A DNA stretch of 64,000 bases from Selaginella moellendorffii. Its lineage: Eukaryota > Plantae > Lycopodiophyta. The stretch covers positions 186,001-250,000 of the forward strand of contig NW_003314332.1 of assembly GCF_000143415.4 (NCBI RefSeq), written 5' to 3'. How positions within the stretch are numbered: the first letter of the stretch is position 1; each line of letters opens with the position of its first letter. The notes under the pieces are model-generated. The model saw only the letters and a list, made by a program, of their open reading frames with translations. It searched no databases and was not told where the DNA came from. Positions 24,090 through 38,150 of this stretch are shown here, piece by piece. Position numbers and translations under genes: made by a program.

Positions 24090-25058
24090 CTCCCACACCC
24101 GCTTAGATCACTAGACTTCTCTGGAGCAGCGCTGCCCCGTCTTTCCTTGTCCATGCGTCGTGAATCGCCCGTCGCAGCAGCAGCGCCTCTACACCCTACC
24201 TATCACGAACAGCGCGAGCATCGCACGATCTTGCTCCGGCGGCAGCGGCTGCGCGATCTTCGTCGATATAGCATCAGCCATGGCGTCAGTGGTGAGATCG
24301 CTCCAGCGCCAAGCCGGACGAAGCGGGACCCGAAACCCTAGCGCCATCACTACTAGCACAAAAGAAGAATACTACAAGCCCCGCCCTTTTATACCCTCTT
24401 CCTTCCAGAATATTCTCTAGCTCTAGGGTTCTTCCGTGGGAGAAGCGCGGGAAATGCAGCCGGGGCGATCGATCACGCCAGCCGCGACATCGCGAATCCG
24501 GCCGCATTCGCTAGGTCCGGAAATATTCCTCGCGGATTGGAGCTCGAGGCACTGGCGAATATGGCCGTCCGGGTGGAGCTCGCAGATGGGGCGAAGCTCC
24601 AACGCTCTTCCCGCAAAGGTCGGGGCTGCGATCTCTCATTTCTTCTCTTCAAGCTTCTCATAGCTTTTTCGTATGTTTTTTTTTCCTTTCTTTGTTTGCT
24701 TTAGCTTCCGCCAGGCATTGAGATGGCTATCGATGCCACAGGAACTCCACTTTTTGGAGATTGTTGTTTTTCTGGTGCGTTGATAAGCTTTCAACCTATA
24801 GATTCTTTCCAATGACAGGTTCTCTCTTCTTCTTTATAGAATCCAATACGTTACTGCTCGCGTCGCCAAGATATTGTTCATCTTGTGTGGCTGCTAGCTC
24901 GATGCTTGTCTCAGTGGACGTCTACGCTCTCCAAAGGTACATGGCGCGAACATCCTCACTGTTGTGGATAAGCCACTCAAGGGCGTCACGCCACTGGAGA
25001 TCCATCTCCTGTTGCTTAACTTTTTTCGTTCTCTATGCCAAGGTAAGTCTCTGCGGCT

Positions 25059-26093
25059 TTAGCCTTCACTGAGAGTGTTGTCTTCCAGGTGAGCTGGATC
25101 ATCATCAATCCTACACGTTTGTGGAGCTTCCATCCCCGCCGCCACGAAAAACTTCTTCCAGCCGACATAGAGGCCTTCGGTGTAGATGGCAATGAGTCGG
25201 CCGGGATCTCGGGTCTCTGAAGACGATGCGTGCTGCCCCTCCTCCTGAAAGCAGCTGCGGTACAAGCCATAGTCAACAATGTCTTCACTGTCCACCAGGT
25301 ACGCATTGTTGGGGGCCAGCTGAGGTGTGATGCTGGAGAGGAGATAGGTGAGCAGGAGCCTTCCGACCCGTCCGTTTCCGTCTCGAAACGGATGAATAAG
25401 CTCGAAGTTGAGGAAGAAATCGACTGCCAGGTGCAAGAGCTTAGCAGTAAAGGTTGCAAGATCTTCTTGCTCGGTGCAGAAGACGTCGTCCAGCTTGGTG
25501 TTGGTGTCGAGGATAAAGCACACAGTCGGCGGTACTCCAGTGCAGGGCGTGACTGCCGTCGGTAAAGCTTTTTGTGTCCTTTTTTNNNNNNNNNNNNNNN
25601 NNNNNNNNNNNNNNNNNNNNNNNNNNNNNNNNNNNNNNNNNNNNNNNNNNNNNNNNNNNNNNNNNNNNNNNNNNNNNNNNNNNNNATCCCCTCCATCATC
25701 GCGGTCTGGAAGAGGACTTGTGGAGCCTCTGGATGGCCGATATCGTCAAAACTGGCTGCCGGGACTCGCCAGCAGCTTGCTCCCCAGGCGATAGGCGTCG
25801 TGCAGGTTGACGGTGACAATGAAATCCTCCTCGTGTTGCTGCTGCGCGTCTCCTCGAGTAACTGCATCAATGACGGCCCGCGTCTGAGGGATGGAATCGT
25901 AGCCTTCGCCGTTGATGGTGTTGACTTGGTACACGAAATCCACTAGCATTTGCTTCCGGCAGAGGGCCGCCGCTGCCTCGTTGATCTGTGTCGATGATTT
26001 GTAGAACTCGCCAAGGAAGCTCGCGATGGCTCTTACCAGCCAGGTCGTGCTGCGCCGCACCCTCTTCCGCCACGCCGGATGCTCAATCGCCAT
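25059..26093 (-). pseudogene. Second, divergent Fic-domain gene, frameshifted and spanning an assembly gap
   Basis: FELIHPFRDGNGRVGRLL. The N-terminal YQVNTINGEG resembles the inhibitory-helix region. LTISAIQRLHK is recovered only after a frameshift at ~25750. Confidence 0.8.
25586..25685. other. Assembly gap (100 N)
   Basis: Run of N. Confidence 1.
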
Positions 26094-26959
26094 CTCTTGT
26101 GCTCTGCCCTAAGGTTTGAAATAGGTGCAACACTTTTCTATTTTATAGAACGCACTACCTTTTGTTATGAATTTATCCATGTTGCTATTCCTTTTATATT
26201 TATAAGCCTTTTTTGGGCATGTGACAGTGGTACAAAAGTACAGTGACCATTTTGAATTCAAACACATAGGCAAATTAAGATTTAGAGCTTGCACAACTGC
26301 TTTATTGTTTGCGTGCTTCATAAACATGTTGAGCAACATTAATAAAAAACACACCACCATCAACAAGTTGTAGCAATTGTGCCAAAGCTCTAAATCTATG
26401 CATTTGAGTTTTAGATGGTCTCTGGTATAATACATATTTAATGGGATAATACACAACACCAAAAATGGCTTTTTTTTTTTTCCAAATTAAAGGCTGGTAT
26501 GTGAGGACATGTATTCTAAGTTTCATAATTTTCTCATAAGTTAAACTTTATATCACCTTACACTTTAGCCAATATTATAAGATACCTTTTGTCCTTTTTT
26601 CCTTAGTCCCTTGCCCTTTTGAGAAATACTTAATTAGTCACCAGTCAAAAGAGAGAGAAATTAATCATGTAATGGCACTAAAGAAGAAAATAAATAATTA
26701 TATAGAAAGTCATTAGTACTTGTATTTAGCTCCTAAGCATTTTATATCAATCCCTATCTCCATCCCCAAGTTCTACCAATATTCCACTTTCACCTCCACT
26801 TCTTTCTTTTGTAAAGTTGAACTAGAGTTTCCTATATATAAAATTCTAGATTTTGCTACTAGAGAGGGATTGGCTTTAGTGCTTCAAAAGCAATGCCACA
26901 TGTTTTTGCAAGATTTAGCTCTTAATATGGCACAACTACTTGAAAGTATAGAATATTAT

Positions 26960-29900
26960 TGTCGCAAATGTGACTTTGGGTATCGAAAGATATTTGTTGG
27001 TCAGTCCTTACAGACACTCTTTCCTTATTGCCATGAGGGTAGAAGGTTGGTACAGTTGATTCCCTTTATCATTCTCACTTGAGCTAGTTGAGAAACTAGT
27101 CAATGACCTTATACTTAAATTAGATAAACATAAGGTAAGAACCCTATGTGTTTTTTGTTGAGCATACTCGGCCTAGTTTGAGAAATTCGTGTCATTGTCT
27201 TGCACTTGCTAGTATCAAGAAACCCACGTATTGAGACTAATCCCCAATATCGTTGAATGATAGCTTATCGTGACTGCCAAACACCCTCGTTATCATGCCC
27301 TTTGTGTTGGTCTCATTTTAGTTTTAAATGCTATTTATGGAAAGTGTTTGGATTTGTTCATTTGGCATATCTATAGAATGTAGAGATTGGCATGAACACA
27401 ATGGTGTTCGTCCCGTGTCCAAATTCGTAATCTAGGGACATTCCATATTTAATAAGTTTCGAACTTGTCTCAGAGACTAACTCCTAGTACTAAGGGAGGC
27501 TTGTGAAAGCCCAAAGTATGTGTTCCTCAAGGGGGGGGGGGGGGGGAAGGGGGGATGTGGGGGGTTCCAAGTATATAGTAAGGATAATGGTTGGAATGCA
27601 TGTGCGACTAGATATTAGTTTGGCTCATGCTGGGCTGTGTCGCTCCTTGTTCTGCGTTCAGCTTGGGTCTAAGCACAAGCTCCATGCTGCTCTAGTTGCT
27701 GGGGTACCCTTCTCGCGTTAGGCCACCGGTATGCCAAAATAGTGTCAGAATTCTATGCCAAAATTGTGCCAGACTTCGTCTAACACCATTTTGCATGCAA
27801 GTGTTGGATATAGGGAGCTGGTGCTCATGGGATTGTACCAAACCCTCGTTTCGTAGAGCAACGGGCTTGGAGTTTGGCTCCAAATTTAGGTGTGCTACAT
27901 TTGGTATCAGAGGAAATGTCACAACGATTCCTATCCAACTTTTGTCAGATTTCCTGACTCAAGTTGCATACGCAGAGACTTTTTTAGTAGATCCAAAGCA
28001 ACCTATGTAAAATTAGTTGGATTGCACCATTCGGTAAGAATGTTGTATGAATGTTCAATTATTGATAGAGGCATGCATGCAGCTAGCGGAATGGTGAAAC
28101 GGAACTGTGCTGATGATGTTGAAACCTCTAGACAGGCGAATTGAGAGGAGGAAACTCCTGCTAGAGATGCTTTGGAAGAGGCAAAGGCTGAGTTAGAAGA
28201 GGAAGAGCCAGATGCTGCGGCACTGCAGCGTACGGCTCAAGAAGTCGAGATCAAGAATTTGCAAAGGGAGATTCACAAATTGAAGAAGGAGAACAAGAAG
28301 AGGAAGAAAGAAGCTGAGGCAGCTAGACTAGCTAAGCCTAAGCAGCCGGACTCTTCTTCAAGTTTTGAGGATGATGAAGTTCTACAATCGCCCCCGGTTG
28401 CATGAGTTTCAAAGTTCAAGCCTCTAAAACCATCCAATTTTAGCATGCGGGACTATCAGACTAGGTCTACGATATGGAAAATTATTTCATAGCGGTAGAC
28501 GTAGATGATCATACGAAAGTTGCGTGTGTGCAATTTTTTCTCACCGATCATGCCAAAACTTGGTGGTGCCAGGTATGTGCTGAAAAAGGGCAGACCAAGA
28601 TGCGGTCTTATATCCATAAGGAATACTTGCCGGATGATCTTGGTCTGAGACTTCACGCAGAGCTGCGGCGGTTAAAGTAGTGAGGGGATCTCATGCATTA
28701 CGTTAATGCATTTTCTCAGAAGCACATTATGGTTGCAAATATGAGTGATGAAGATGCTCAGAGTTATTTCCTAAAGGGTTTAAGTTCACTTTCTCACAAT
28801 GAGATTTTGAAATTTAAGCCAAAGATGTACCTAGAGTGTAAGGAGGTAGCACAACAAGTTGCCTTTAGCCATTCACTCATAGAACAATATCAGCAGCCGT
28901 ATGCTAGTACCTCGGACAAAAATAAGAATTCTGGGAATAAACAAAGTGATCGAAAACAGAGGGTGGAAGGTAGGTTTTGCCCCGGGGGCTCATAAGCAAC
29001 GGTTAACAAAGGTGGTGGTGGTGGTTCGAGACCACCAGTAGCTTCTTCTAGTCCTAGACCCTCTATTCCTCCTTTTGGTGGGTACAAACAGTAGCAACCT
29101 GCAAAACTTGCTCCTAGCGGAACGGATAGTGTGGGTTATTGCTTCCATTGTGGAGAGTCAGGACATAGATCCTCGGAATGTCCCAACAAGCATAAGAAAA
29201 TGTCTCGTGTTAATGTCATGAGGGAAGACAATGGTGGTGAAGCTGAAGGGTTGACGAGTTGGTCAATGCAGACTATGAGGAAAAGGAGGTGAGTTACTTT
29301 CGTTGCTTTCCTCAAGCTTTTCTGGCAGTCAATGCAAACACTAATCTATTGATGTACCTGGTAGGCTTTGTCTACAGACACCAAATCCAAGTGATAATTG
29401 ATAGGAGAGCTACGCATAGTGTGATATCCAAAAACTTAGTTAAGTTGTTAGGATTGAATGCTGAGCAAATGTCGCCTGTGCACTTCTAGTTTGCAAAAGG
29501 TGGGCAAGTAACCAGAAAGTTTGTGAGTGATGTTCCAATAAAAATATCCAAGTGGAAAGAAAGAGTGGACATGGTAGTGTTGAACATACCAGATTTTTAG
29601 ATGATGTTTGGTATGGATTTCTTCAACAAATATATAAAAGGGATTTATGGTGCTGGACAAAGTTGCATCACATTGAAGTTAGAAGGATGTCCTAATGTGT
29701 CCTTCCAGTTGCAAAAGTGCTCCTCAAAGGATTGGGATGCTAAGTTCCTGATTGCGAGAGCCGCTCAAAAAGCAGCTAAGAAGGGATGTTGGACCTTTTG
29801 GGTTCAAGTGATGAAAGTTGAGTGTGTGGGTGACTCAATTCGGATCAGTGACGGGGTTGATCCTATACCAAAGAAGATATTAGAGTTGTTGGAGCGGAAT

Positions 29901-32900
29901 CAGGATATCTTCCCGAAGGATTTGTTGCCAAGGCTACCTCCTAGCTGTGAGGTTGATCATCGGATTGAGGTTATTCTGTGTTCTAAACCACCTACAAAAG
30001 CTCCATATTGATTGAGCATCAAGGAGATGGCTGAACTCAAAAAGCAACTCACAGAGCTTCTTGACAAAGGTTATATCCGACCAAGCAAGTCACCTTATGA
30101 AGTGCCGGTCCTTTTTGTTATGAAAAAGGATGGAACCATGAGGATGTGTATTGACTATCGGGCACTCAACAAGATCACAGTTAAAAACAGTTATCCTTTG
30201 CCTCACATTGATGACTTATTTGACTAACTCTTAAAGGCTAAGTATTTTATGCGACTTGATTTGTGGTCCGGGTATCATCAGGTATGGGTGGCGGATCAGG
30301 ATGTGGAGAAGATAGCCTTTAAAACTCGGTACGGATCTTATGAGTTCTTTGTCATGTCGTTTGGGTTATGAAATGCTCTGACAACGTTCAACACTATAAT
30401 GGATAGAATATTCAGAGATTATTTGGACACATTTGTTGTCCTATATATCAATGATGTTCTACTCTTCAGTGAAAAGTTGGAGGATCATTTGAAACACTTG
30501 GAGTGGTGTTTCAGAAGTTGCGCAAACACAAACTGTATACTAAGGAAACTAAATGCGCTTTTGGACAATTGCGTGTAAACTTTCTCAGACATATAGTTGG
30601 TGGTGGCGTAATTGAGGTAGATCCAAAGAAGGTGGAAGCGGTGAAGTCCTAGGAAGTCCCGACAATTGTATTAGATGTTCGTTCCTTTCTCGGTTTGGTG
30701 GGATACTATTGCAAGTTTGTCTGCAATTTTGCAAGAATTGCTTGTCCGTTGACTGAATTAACGAAGAATAGTATACTGTTTCATTGGACACCAGCTTGTC
30801 AGCGTACTTTTGTACGATTGAAGGAAATCTTGACTACGGTTCCTATTCTTAGGATTCCAGATCTTGATAAATCCTTTGAAGTGCATTGTGATGCATCTGG
30901 CTATGCTATTGGTGCCATGTTATAGCAAGATTGTGACAAAGCAGTTTGTGTTACGCTAAAGCGACATGGTTGTCCCATTGCATTCTATTCCAAGAAATTA
31001 GATGACACTCAACAAAGATAGCCAACCCATGAGAAAGAGGTGTTTGCTATAGTGTTGGCTCTGGAACACTAGAGACACTACTTGGGTAGACATACCAAGG
31101 TTTATACAGATAATAACATATTGAGCTACTTTGCTACATAGCCTAAGCTTATGCCGAAGCAGGCCCATTGGCAAGAGAAGCTCGCTAGATATGATATTGA
31201 AATCATATATAAACCTGGTAAAGACAATATTGTTTCGGATGCATTGAGTCGTTAGGTTCAATTCCGGGCAATATCGACATTTAGTTCGGACTGGTTGGAG
31301 GATGTTTGGGCTTTGTATGGAAGTGATACATTGGCAAAGGGAATCTTACAGCATGTGGAGGTGTTGAAGCAGAACCCTGTAGCGAAGCAGCAAAAGTTGC
31401 TAACCACACCAATGCGAAGCTTCACTTCTCAGTTCGGGATGGGCTTATATTCTATAAGCAAGAAAGATTGTATCTTCCCTCTAAGGATCTACAGCAGTTG
31501 TTTCTGTGGGAACATCATGATGTTCCGGTAGCAGGACAAGGTGGAAAGCGAAAGACTTTGTCTTCATTGAAAAAGGGATTTTTCTAGTCTGGTATGGAAG
31601 GTGATGTAGTAGACTATGTCCATTCCTACCCTATATGCCAGCAATGTAAGCGTAGAACTGAGAAGCAAGCTGAAAAGTTGCAGTGCATTCCAGCATCGGC
31701 AAGGCCATTTCAGAGTGTGACACTTGATTTCGTCACTTGCTTGCCAAAATCTAATGGTTATGATACTTTGATGGTGGTTGTGGATCGGTTGTCAAAGATT
31801 GCATACTTCATTCCAACTGTGGGAATAGTGAATGCGAAGCAAGTAGCAAAGCTCTTTTTTCATGAAGTAGTGCGGGTTTGTGGTCTTCCAGAAGAGATGA
31901 TCTCGGATAGAGATTCGAGATTTACGGGGAAGTTTTGGGGCACACTGTTCTAGTTGTTTGGTACTAAGTTGAAGTTTAGTACAGCTTATCATCTTTAAAC
32001 TGATGGGTAGACCGAACGCGTGAATGCTCAAGTAGAGGATTATGTATGGTACTATGTCGCAGCGGACCAATGCGATTGGGTTGAGCATTTAGATACAGCA
32101 GAAATTTGTTATAACAACACATTTCACAACGCTATTGGCTGTTCTCCATGGGAGATGCTGCAAGGAAATGTTTGTGGGGTGCCTCAATAGATTGTTGTAC
32201 CGAAACCAATGTCCGAAGTGTTGGTCCTGGCTGTTGAGACTTATATGGAGCAGCTACACCAAGGTTGGTCTAGAGCTACTGAGGCGATGGGCAAAGCTTA
32301 GGATAGGTATCTATAGGATAAGGATCAGTATCGTTGGGATGTATCCTATCAAGTGGGAGATCAAGTGTGGTTATCTTTTTGGAACTTAAATATTAAGGGC
32401 TCCTTGTCCCGAAAGCTATTACCCAAATATGTTGGACCCTATCGGGTATTGAAGGAAGTTAGAGATATACCCTATAAGTTGGATCTTCCAAATGAGTTGT
32501 CCCATGTACATGATGTGTTTCATATCAATTTATTAGCACCATATCATGTTGATGCAGATCACTCTATGGACGTTCATCCCCCTCCGGAAGTTGTGCATGG
32601 TGACCTTGAGTATGAGGTCGAGGTGATTCTCTTGTCCTACAAAGCTTGTGGTGGTCATTCCAAGGAATATCTAGTTAAGTGGAAAGGTTACCTGACTTGT
32701 GAATCAACTTGGGAACCTTGTAAGAATCTTGCACATGCTCGTGAGCTTGTCATGCAATATCACAATAGTAATAAAGACTAGCTTTTGTAAATGTTGTAAT
32801 AAATCTTGCAAATAAATAAAGTAATATATTTCTATAAATCTCAATTTCATCTCTCTTGTTCGTTAGTACTTGGGTCAGTTTTGGCAGGCTGACTTCGGCA

Positions 32901-34371
32901 CTTCGGTGCATGGGTCCAATCCATAACCATGGGGATAACTATTATAGACTGATCACAAGTCCCCGCCTCTCTCTCGATGACTCATTTTAAAAAAGGGGCG
33001 TGGTCGTGTCTGCAGCTCAATGCCTTTTGAAGGCTCTTGGGTGAAGGCTTTCAGAGGCACTTCCAGGAAAATCTCCCCCTTAATCAACTTAATTTTCCAG
33101 TTCATTATAGTTGTTTAAATTTTCTTGACGGGGTTGATTTCTTGCTCAAGGGAAGTTGGGCCTTTGGCCTTCTCCATATGTCTCTACGGGTAGGGATGTA
33201 TCATTCCTTTGTAAGCCGAGTGGTACTCGAAGTAGCAAGGGTGGCTAACTTCGTTAGTCATTTCCTTGTCAGCGACGGCCGGAGGGTGTCTGAGTCTTAA
33301 CGTCTTTGGACGTAAAGGAGAGGTTGTTCCATAACTCATTTAAGTCGGTGCGTTTCCCATATAGTGTGCTTTCCATTAACTTTTGGAGTTATTTCCTTGA
33401 CGGTTTGCTAGACTCGGGTATGCATCAACGAGGATGTCAATCTTCCCCAAGAGGGGGAGAGTGTCGCAAATGTGACTTTGGGTATTGAAAGATATTTGTC
33501 GGCCAGTCTTTACAAACACTTTTTCCTTACTACCATGATGGCAGAAGGTCGGTACAGTTAGTTCCCTTTATCATTCCCACTTGAGCTAGTCAAGAAACTA
33601 GTCAATGACCTTGTACTTAAATTGGATAAACATAAGGTAGGAACCTTATATGTTTCTTATTGAGCATACTTGGCCTAGTTTGAGAAACTCCTGTCATTAT
33701 CTTGCACTTGCTAGTATCAAGAACCCCCACATATTGAGACTAATCCCTCAATATCGCTGAATGATAGCTTACCGTGTCTGCCAAAAACCCTCATTATCAT
33801 GCCTTTTGTGTTGGTCTCCAAATGCTATTTATGGAAAGTATCTGGGTTTACTCATTTGGCATATTTATAGAATATAGAGATTGGCATAAACACAATGGTG
33901 TTCGTCCTATGTCCAAATTTGCAATCTAGAAACATTCTATATTTAGTAAGTTTTGAACTTGTCCCAAAGACTAAGGGAGGCTTGGGGTGAAAGCCCAAAG
34001 TCTGTGTTTCTCAGGGGCCGGGGGGGGGAGGGGGCCGGAGGGTTGTGAGAGGTTCCAAATGTATAGTAGGGATAGTGGTTGGAATGCATATGCGACCATT
34101 TGAGACATTAGTTTGGCTTCCACTGGGTTGTGTCACTCCTTGTTCTGTGTCGAGCTTGGGTATAAGCCCAAGCTCCACGCTGCTCTAGTTGTTGGGGTAC
34201 CCTCCTCCTCGCGTTAGGCCACTGGTATGCCAAAATTGTGCTAGACTCCGTCTAACACCATTTTGCATGCAGGTGCTAGATATAGAGAGCTAGTGCTTGT
34301 GGGATTGTATCGGACCCTTGTTTTGTAGTGTAACGAGCTTGGAGTTCGGCTCCAAATTCATGTGCACTACA
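26960..34371 (+). mobile_element. Full-length but degenerate Ty3/gypsy chromodomain-type LTR retrotransposon; LTRs 26960..27899 and 33462..34371
   Basis: TG..CA LTRs, tRNA-Met PBS TGGTATCAGAG at 27902, PPT at 33449..33461 and TSD ATTAT/ACTAT. Fragments of gag zinc knuckle, protease, RT ([10 protein letters not shown]), RNase H (CDASGYAIGA), integrase and chromodomain (YLVKWKGY...TWEP). Many stops. Confidence 0.95.
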
Positions 34372-37300
34372 ACTATTATATTCAGTGTCTAATATGCTAC
34401 TTTATTTTGGATAAAACAAAGAGCTCTATAAGAAACTCATCTACAACTCTGAACCATGTTTAGATGACTGTCTTTAAGGATTTGATTGCAAACACCTTAC
34501 TTAATTTAGGCTGCCAAAAGACTCAATTAAATAAGGTTAGCTTGTAGGACTTATTACAAGGAGTATAGCCTACTATTAGCTTGTGGAGATACATTCATTA
34601 TATGTTACAATAATATCTTTTTCTTATATTATATTGTTTAGGGTAAAATCTTGGATGTGTGGATCTCAAAAGGGGAAGTTGCAATTAAAAATTAACTCCA
34701 TCCTTAAATTGAAATAAACTTGTCTATATGAGTTCATCCACAAAAGTTTATTTCTAAACCAAGTTGTGAATAAGTAGGAGCACCCCTTCATCTTCAAGAT
34801 GTGTACAATAGGCCCTACTTCTAGTGTTTGGGTCCAATGACCTTGCAAATGCATGGGTACATTTTAACCATATGGAGCGTATATTAAGTTGGACAACCAT
34901 AGGAGCTTATGTGCATGATCTAAGGTAATTTTTATTCTCATTATATTGAAATAGTTGTAATATTTATTTTTTCACAGACTACATTGTAACTTGACAATTG
35001 CGATAGTAAAGTTTAAAGTACAAGACTAGGCAATCCAAGAAATATTTTGGAAGTCCCTCTCTAATATTATACTAAAGTGGATTGCTAAGCTTGCAAATTT
35101 TTGTGGTTTAATGGTAGATAGGGCTCGTGCAACTGAAATAATGTCTAAACAAGTTTTGGGAATGGTTAACCATTGGAAAGTCATGAAAGGACTTATGAGT
35201 TTCATTAGGCTCAAAGTGAGTGGTTGGGGTGGTGGGAAGTTAGGATATTCTAGTGGGGACATCACTCTCTTTAGGTTGGTTTCTATTTTTTCTCCTTATT
35301 TTATTGCTTTTTTATATAGCCTTTTCCATTAGGATAAAACCACTTGAGGACCTCGCATATAGCCCAATTGTGAACCTCTCGGAAAGTAAGCATTAGAGTT
35401 GGCATTCCTTTGAGGCAAGAAAAGGGAAGATGAATCTATATGAAGCCTATCTATCAAATTTGCTACACACTATAGAGCAGTCTTCAAAATCATTAGCATT
35501 CAAGGAAGGAAGATACATGAGAACACCTTTTATTGAGATATTATATGATAGGTTGAAGAAAAAATTAACTCCAATTGCCCAAACAATAGCAATTAGTTGA
35601 GGAAGTGGTCCACAACACATACTCCCCGGGCTTTTATTGTGATATGAAATTGTTTGCTCAAAGTGTCACTTTTCCTTTGTTGGTAAAGTTTTTAGCACGG
35701 ACCTTGGAGCAAAAAGCTCTCATAGGCTTAATATTGATATCATTCTACTCCAAGATACCACCCTCAGACCAAACCACCTTAAATGGATAATGAAAAGAGT
35801 GTTGTAAGCAATTAAATTATCCATTCTACTTTAATCACTTAACCCCACATTTGACCACTTGGAAGAGTCTCACTCACAACCTCTATAAGTCTTATTCCTG
35901 ACTTGGGGATATACTAGCCACTATGAATGGCATTTATGACACTCAGCCTTTGCACTTGGTTCAAGTGCTCCACGTGTCTAATCCCATTATAGACACCCAA
36001 AGTTACTATTGACATATCAACTCATTACACTAAGGCTATGTCCATTCACCTTTTTTTCATTAGTAATCCAAGACCACCCATATCATAAACCTATTTCCCA
36101 AAGACTAAGCTATCTGTCCATGAATGGCTATCTCTTGACCACACTTGAGACATAAGGAACACCTCTCCCCAATATCCTTCCATTAGTCCCTACCAAGTCT
36201 CATTTGTCCACAATAGTACTTACTAACATTGCCATTGAGTGAAGGCCCAAATGCCCAACCACTAATTTCTATTGATATCTAAGACTTCCTCACCACGTGA
36301 CGATGCCCTTACTCATGACACAAGAAGATTATTCCTATTCTTTTCCACAATCTAAGACTTGGGATGACATTTCAAAACACCATAGCCCTATGTGAGCTCC
36401 AAATAGGTAGTGCCACCTACACTTGGATTGGGAGCATCATCCATTTGATCTCCCGAGGAAACTAAATCAGGTTCTTGAACACTTCACCAAGTTACCCCAT
36501 TTGTTTATTCGTGTTCACTTTAGCCTTGAACTCCTTAATGGTTATATTATCACCCACCACGTAGGTATAGCCTTCCTTGGTCACACTAGCCTTTCCTAGC
36601 TAAACTGGCTCCATTGGAGTCTTCCCCCTACTATACTTTTGGAGCTCACCAAACCCCCTAGGGTCTAGGAGACAATTGCTTTGGGCTTTCACCTTTGGAC
36701 TCGAACTCCGATTCCGACTCAAACTCAAACTTAAACTTGGACTTGGACTCAGACTTAGTCTCGGTCTCAGTTTCAGTTTCGGACTCGGTTTTAGTCTTGG
36801 TCTCAGTCTTAGTTTTAATCTCAGTCTTAGTCTAAGTCTTGGTCTTAACCTTGGACTCCATCTCAGGTCCATTTTGAGCTCAACCTTAGACTCCATATTG
36901 GGTCCATCTCAAACTTCATCTTGGATCCATCTTAGGTCCATATCAGACTCCATCTTGGACTCCATCTTGGGTCCATCTCAGGTCTATATCGGACTCCATC
37001 ACGGATTCCTTCTCAGACTCCTTCTCGGACTCCATCTCAAACTCCTCGAACTCCTTTTCGGACTCATTCCTAACACTTCTATATGTCATGACACTCACTA
37101 TATGTCCGTCCTTCTTGTGTCCCTTTTTAGAGACTCCTTCACCGATTTTTTTATGCTCATTCCTTGAGAATTTCCACTCATACTCTCGACTTTCCAAGTT
37201 AGAGCTTTTGATCCAAACATGTTATGCTTGTTAAACTTCCATTTCAACTACTATCATATGGCATCTTTTCGGCTCCACTTTGGGGCTTAAAGATTTGTGT

Positions 37301-38150
37301 CTCATAAGTGCATCACAACAAGTTGAAATTGCTTACGATAGCGTGGAGCCAAGACAATGGGAAATCCATTGAGTGCCAACAAAATCCAATATAAAATGTG
37401 TGAAAATGCTTCTGAGGGGCAAATATTAAGCTTGGATCTGTGGTGACAACTTTGTTTCTATTCTAACCCCATATTTCTATGGGGAACAAAAGCAAGTAGG
37501 ATTTTCGAGATAGTGCTAGCTGTATTATTGCAACAGCAATACTAACCATACAAAGTAGCTTGAAAACACTATAGTGACTAAATCTAATGCAATACCTAAA
37601 GAATGGTTGGTTGCTAATGGGGTTGTGCTCACCTTGGATGAAATTGAAAACCTTGAGAAATTTGGTTTTAATCTTGAGAAGAAAGTTGAAGACATGAGTG
37701 ATAAAACCAAGATTATTATATACAGGGGGCTAACAAGAAATTGTAAAGCAATTAAATTTATTGATACTATCTCCAAGTAGAAACAGAGTAAAATAAGCTT
37801 GGCTCAAATGCTTAAATATAAGATTCTCTCCATAAAGTACATCATTGCACTTGCAAAAAAGTACATAGTAAAAACAAAAGGTGGAAAGTACACAATTGTT
37901 ATTCAAAACTTTTCTTCTTGCAATGTCTAAACTTTACAAAGTGTGAGGAATATAGGAAGGTATATGCTCCTTGCAAGCATATGTACTACATTTATATCAA
38001 CACCTTACACCAAGATTCTAAACTGGAGATTCATATACAATAAGCAAACTTTACTATTTTCGAATTGTAGAAGACTTTTAGAGTTAACTAGATTTGGTAA
38101 AACTACCAATGTTTATTCTCTATCAATAATATAAATTTATTAGACTTTAT
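34372..38150 (+). mobile_element. Heavily decayed AT-rich element with a SWIM zinc-finger remnant (MULE-like); continues on the other side of the gypsy insertion (~26580..26959)
   Basis: 37888..37998 reads YTIVIQNFSSCN(C)...APCKHMYYIY after frame correction. The sequences flanking the gypsy join seamlessly in the inverted copy at 14200..14780. Confidence 0.5.
35803..37306 (-). mobile_element. Solo LTR, diverged relative of the LTRs at 50051 and 56204
   Basis: Homologous ends (TGTAAG...CCATTCTACTTT and TTTGTGTCTCA), the same GGACTC microsatellite core and TSD AGTGT/AGTGC. Confidence 0.85.

Noticed and set aside
23226-26093. Fic genes as bacterial contamination
   Set aside because: The gene has a spliceosomal intron and plant-type promoter motifs, and a decayed paralogue carries a plant TRIM insertion.
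26300-26420. LVDGGVFFINVAQH (and NGSAFLFGVAEH at 21830) as a Ulp1 protease DCGVF remnant
   Set aside because: The catalytic Cys is absent and the similarity is too short to support a call.
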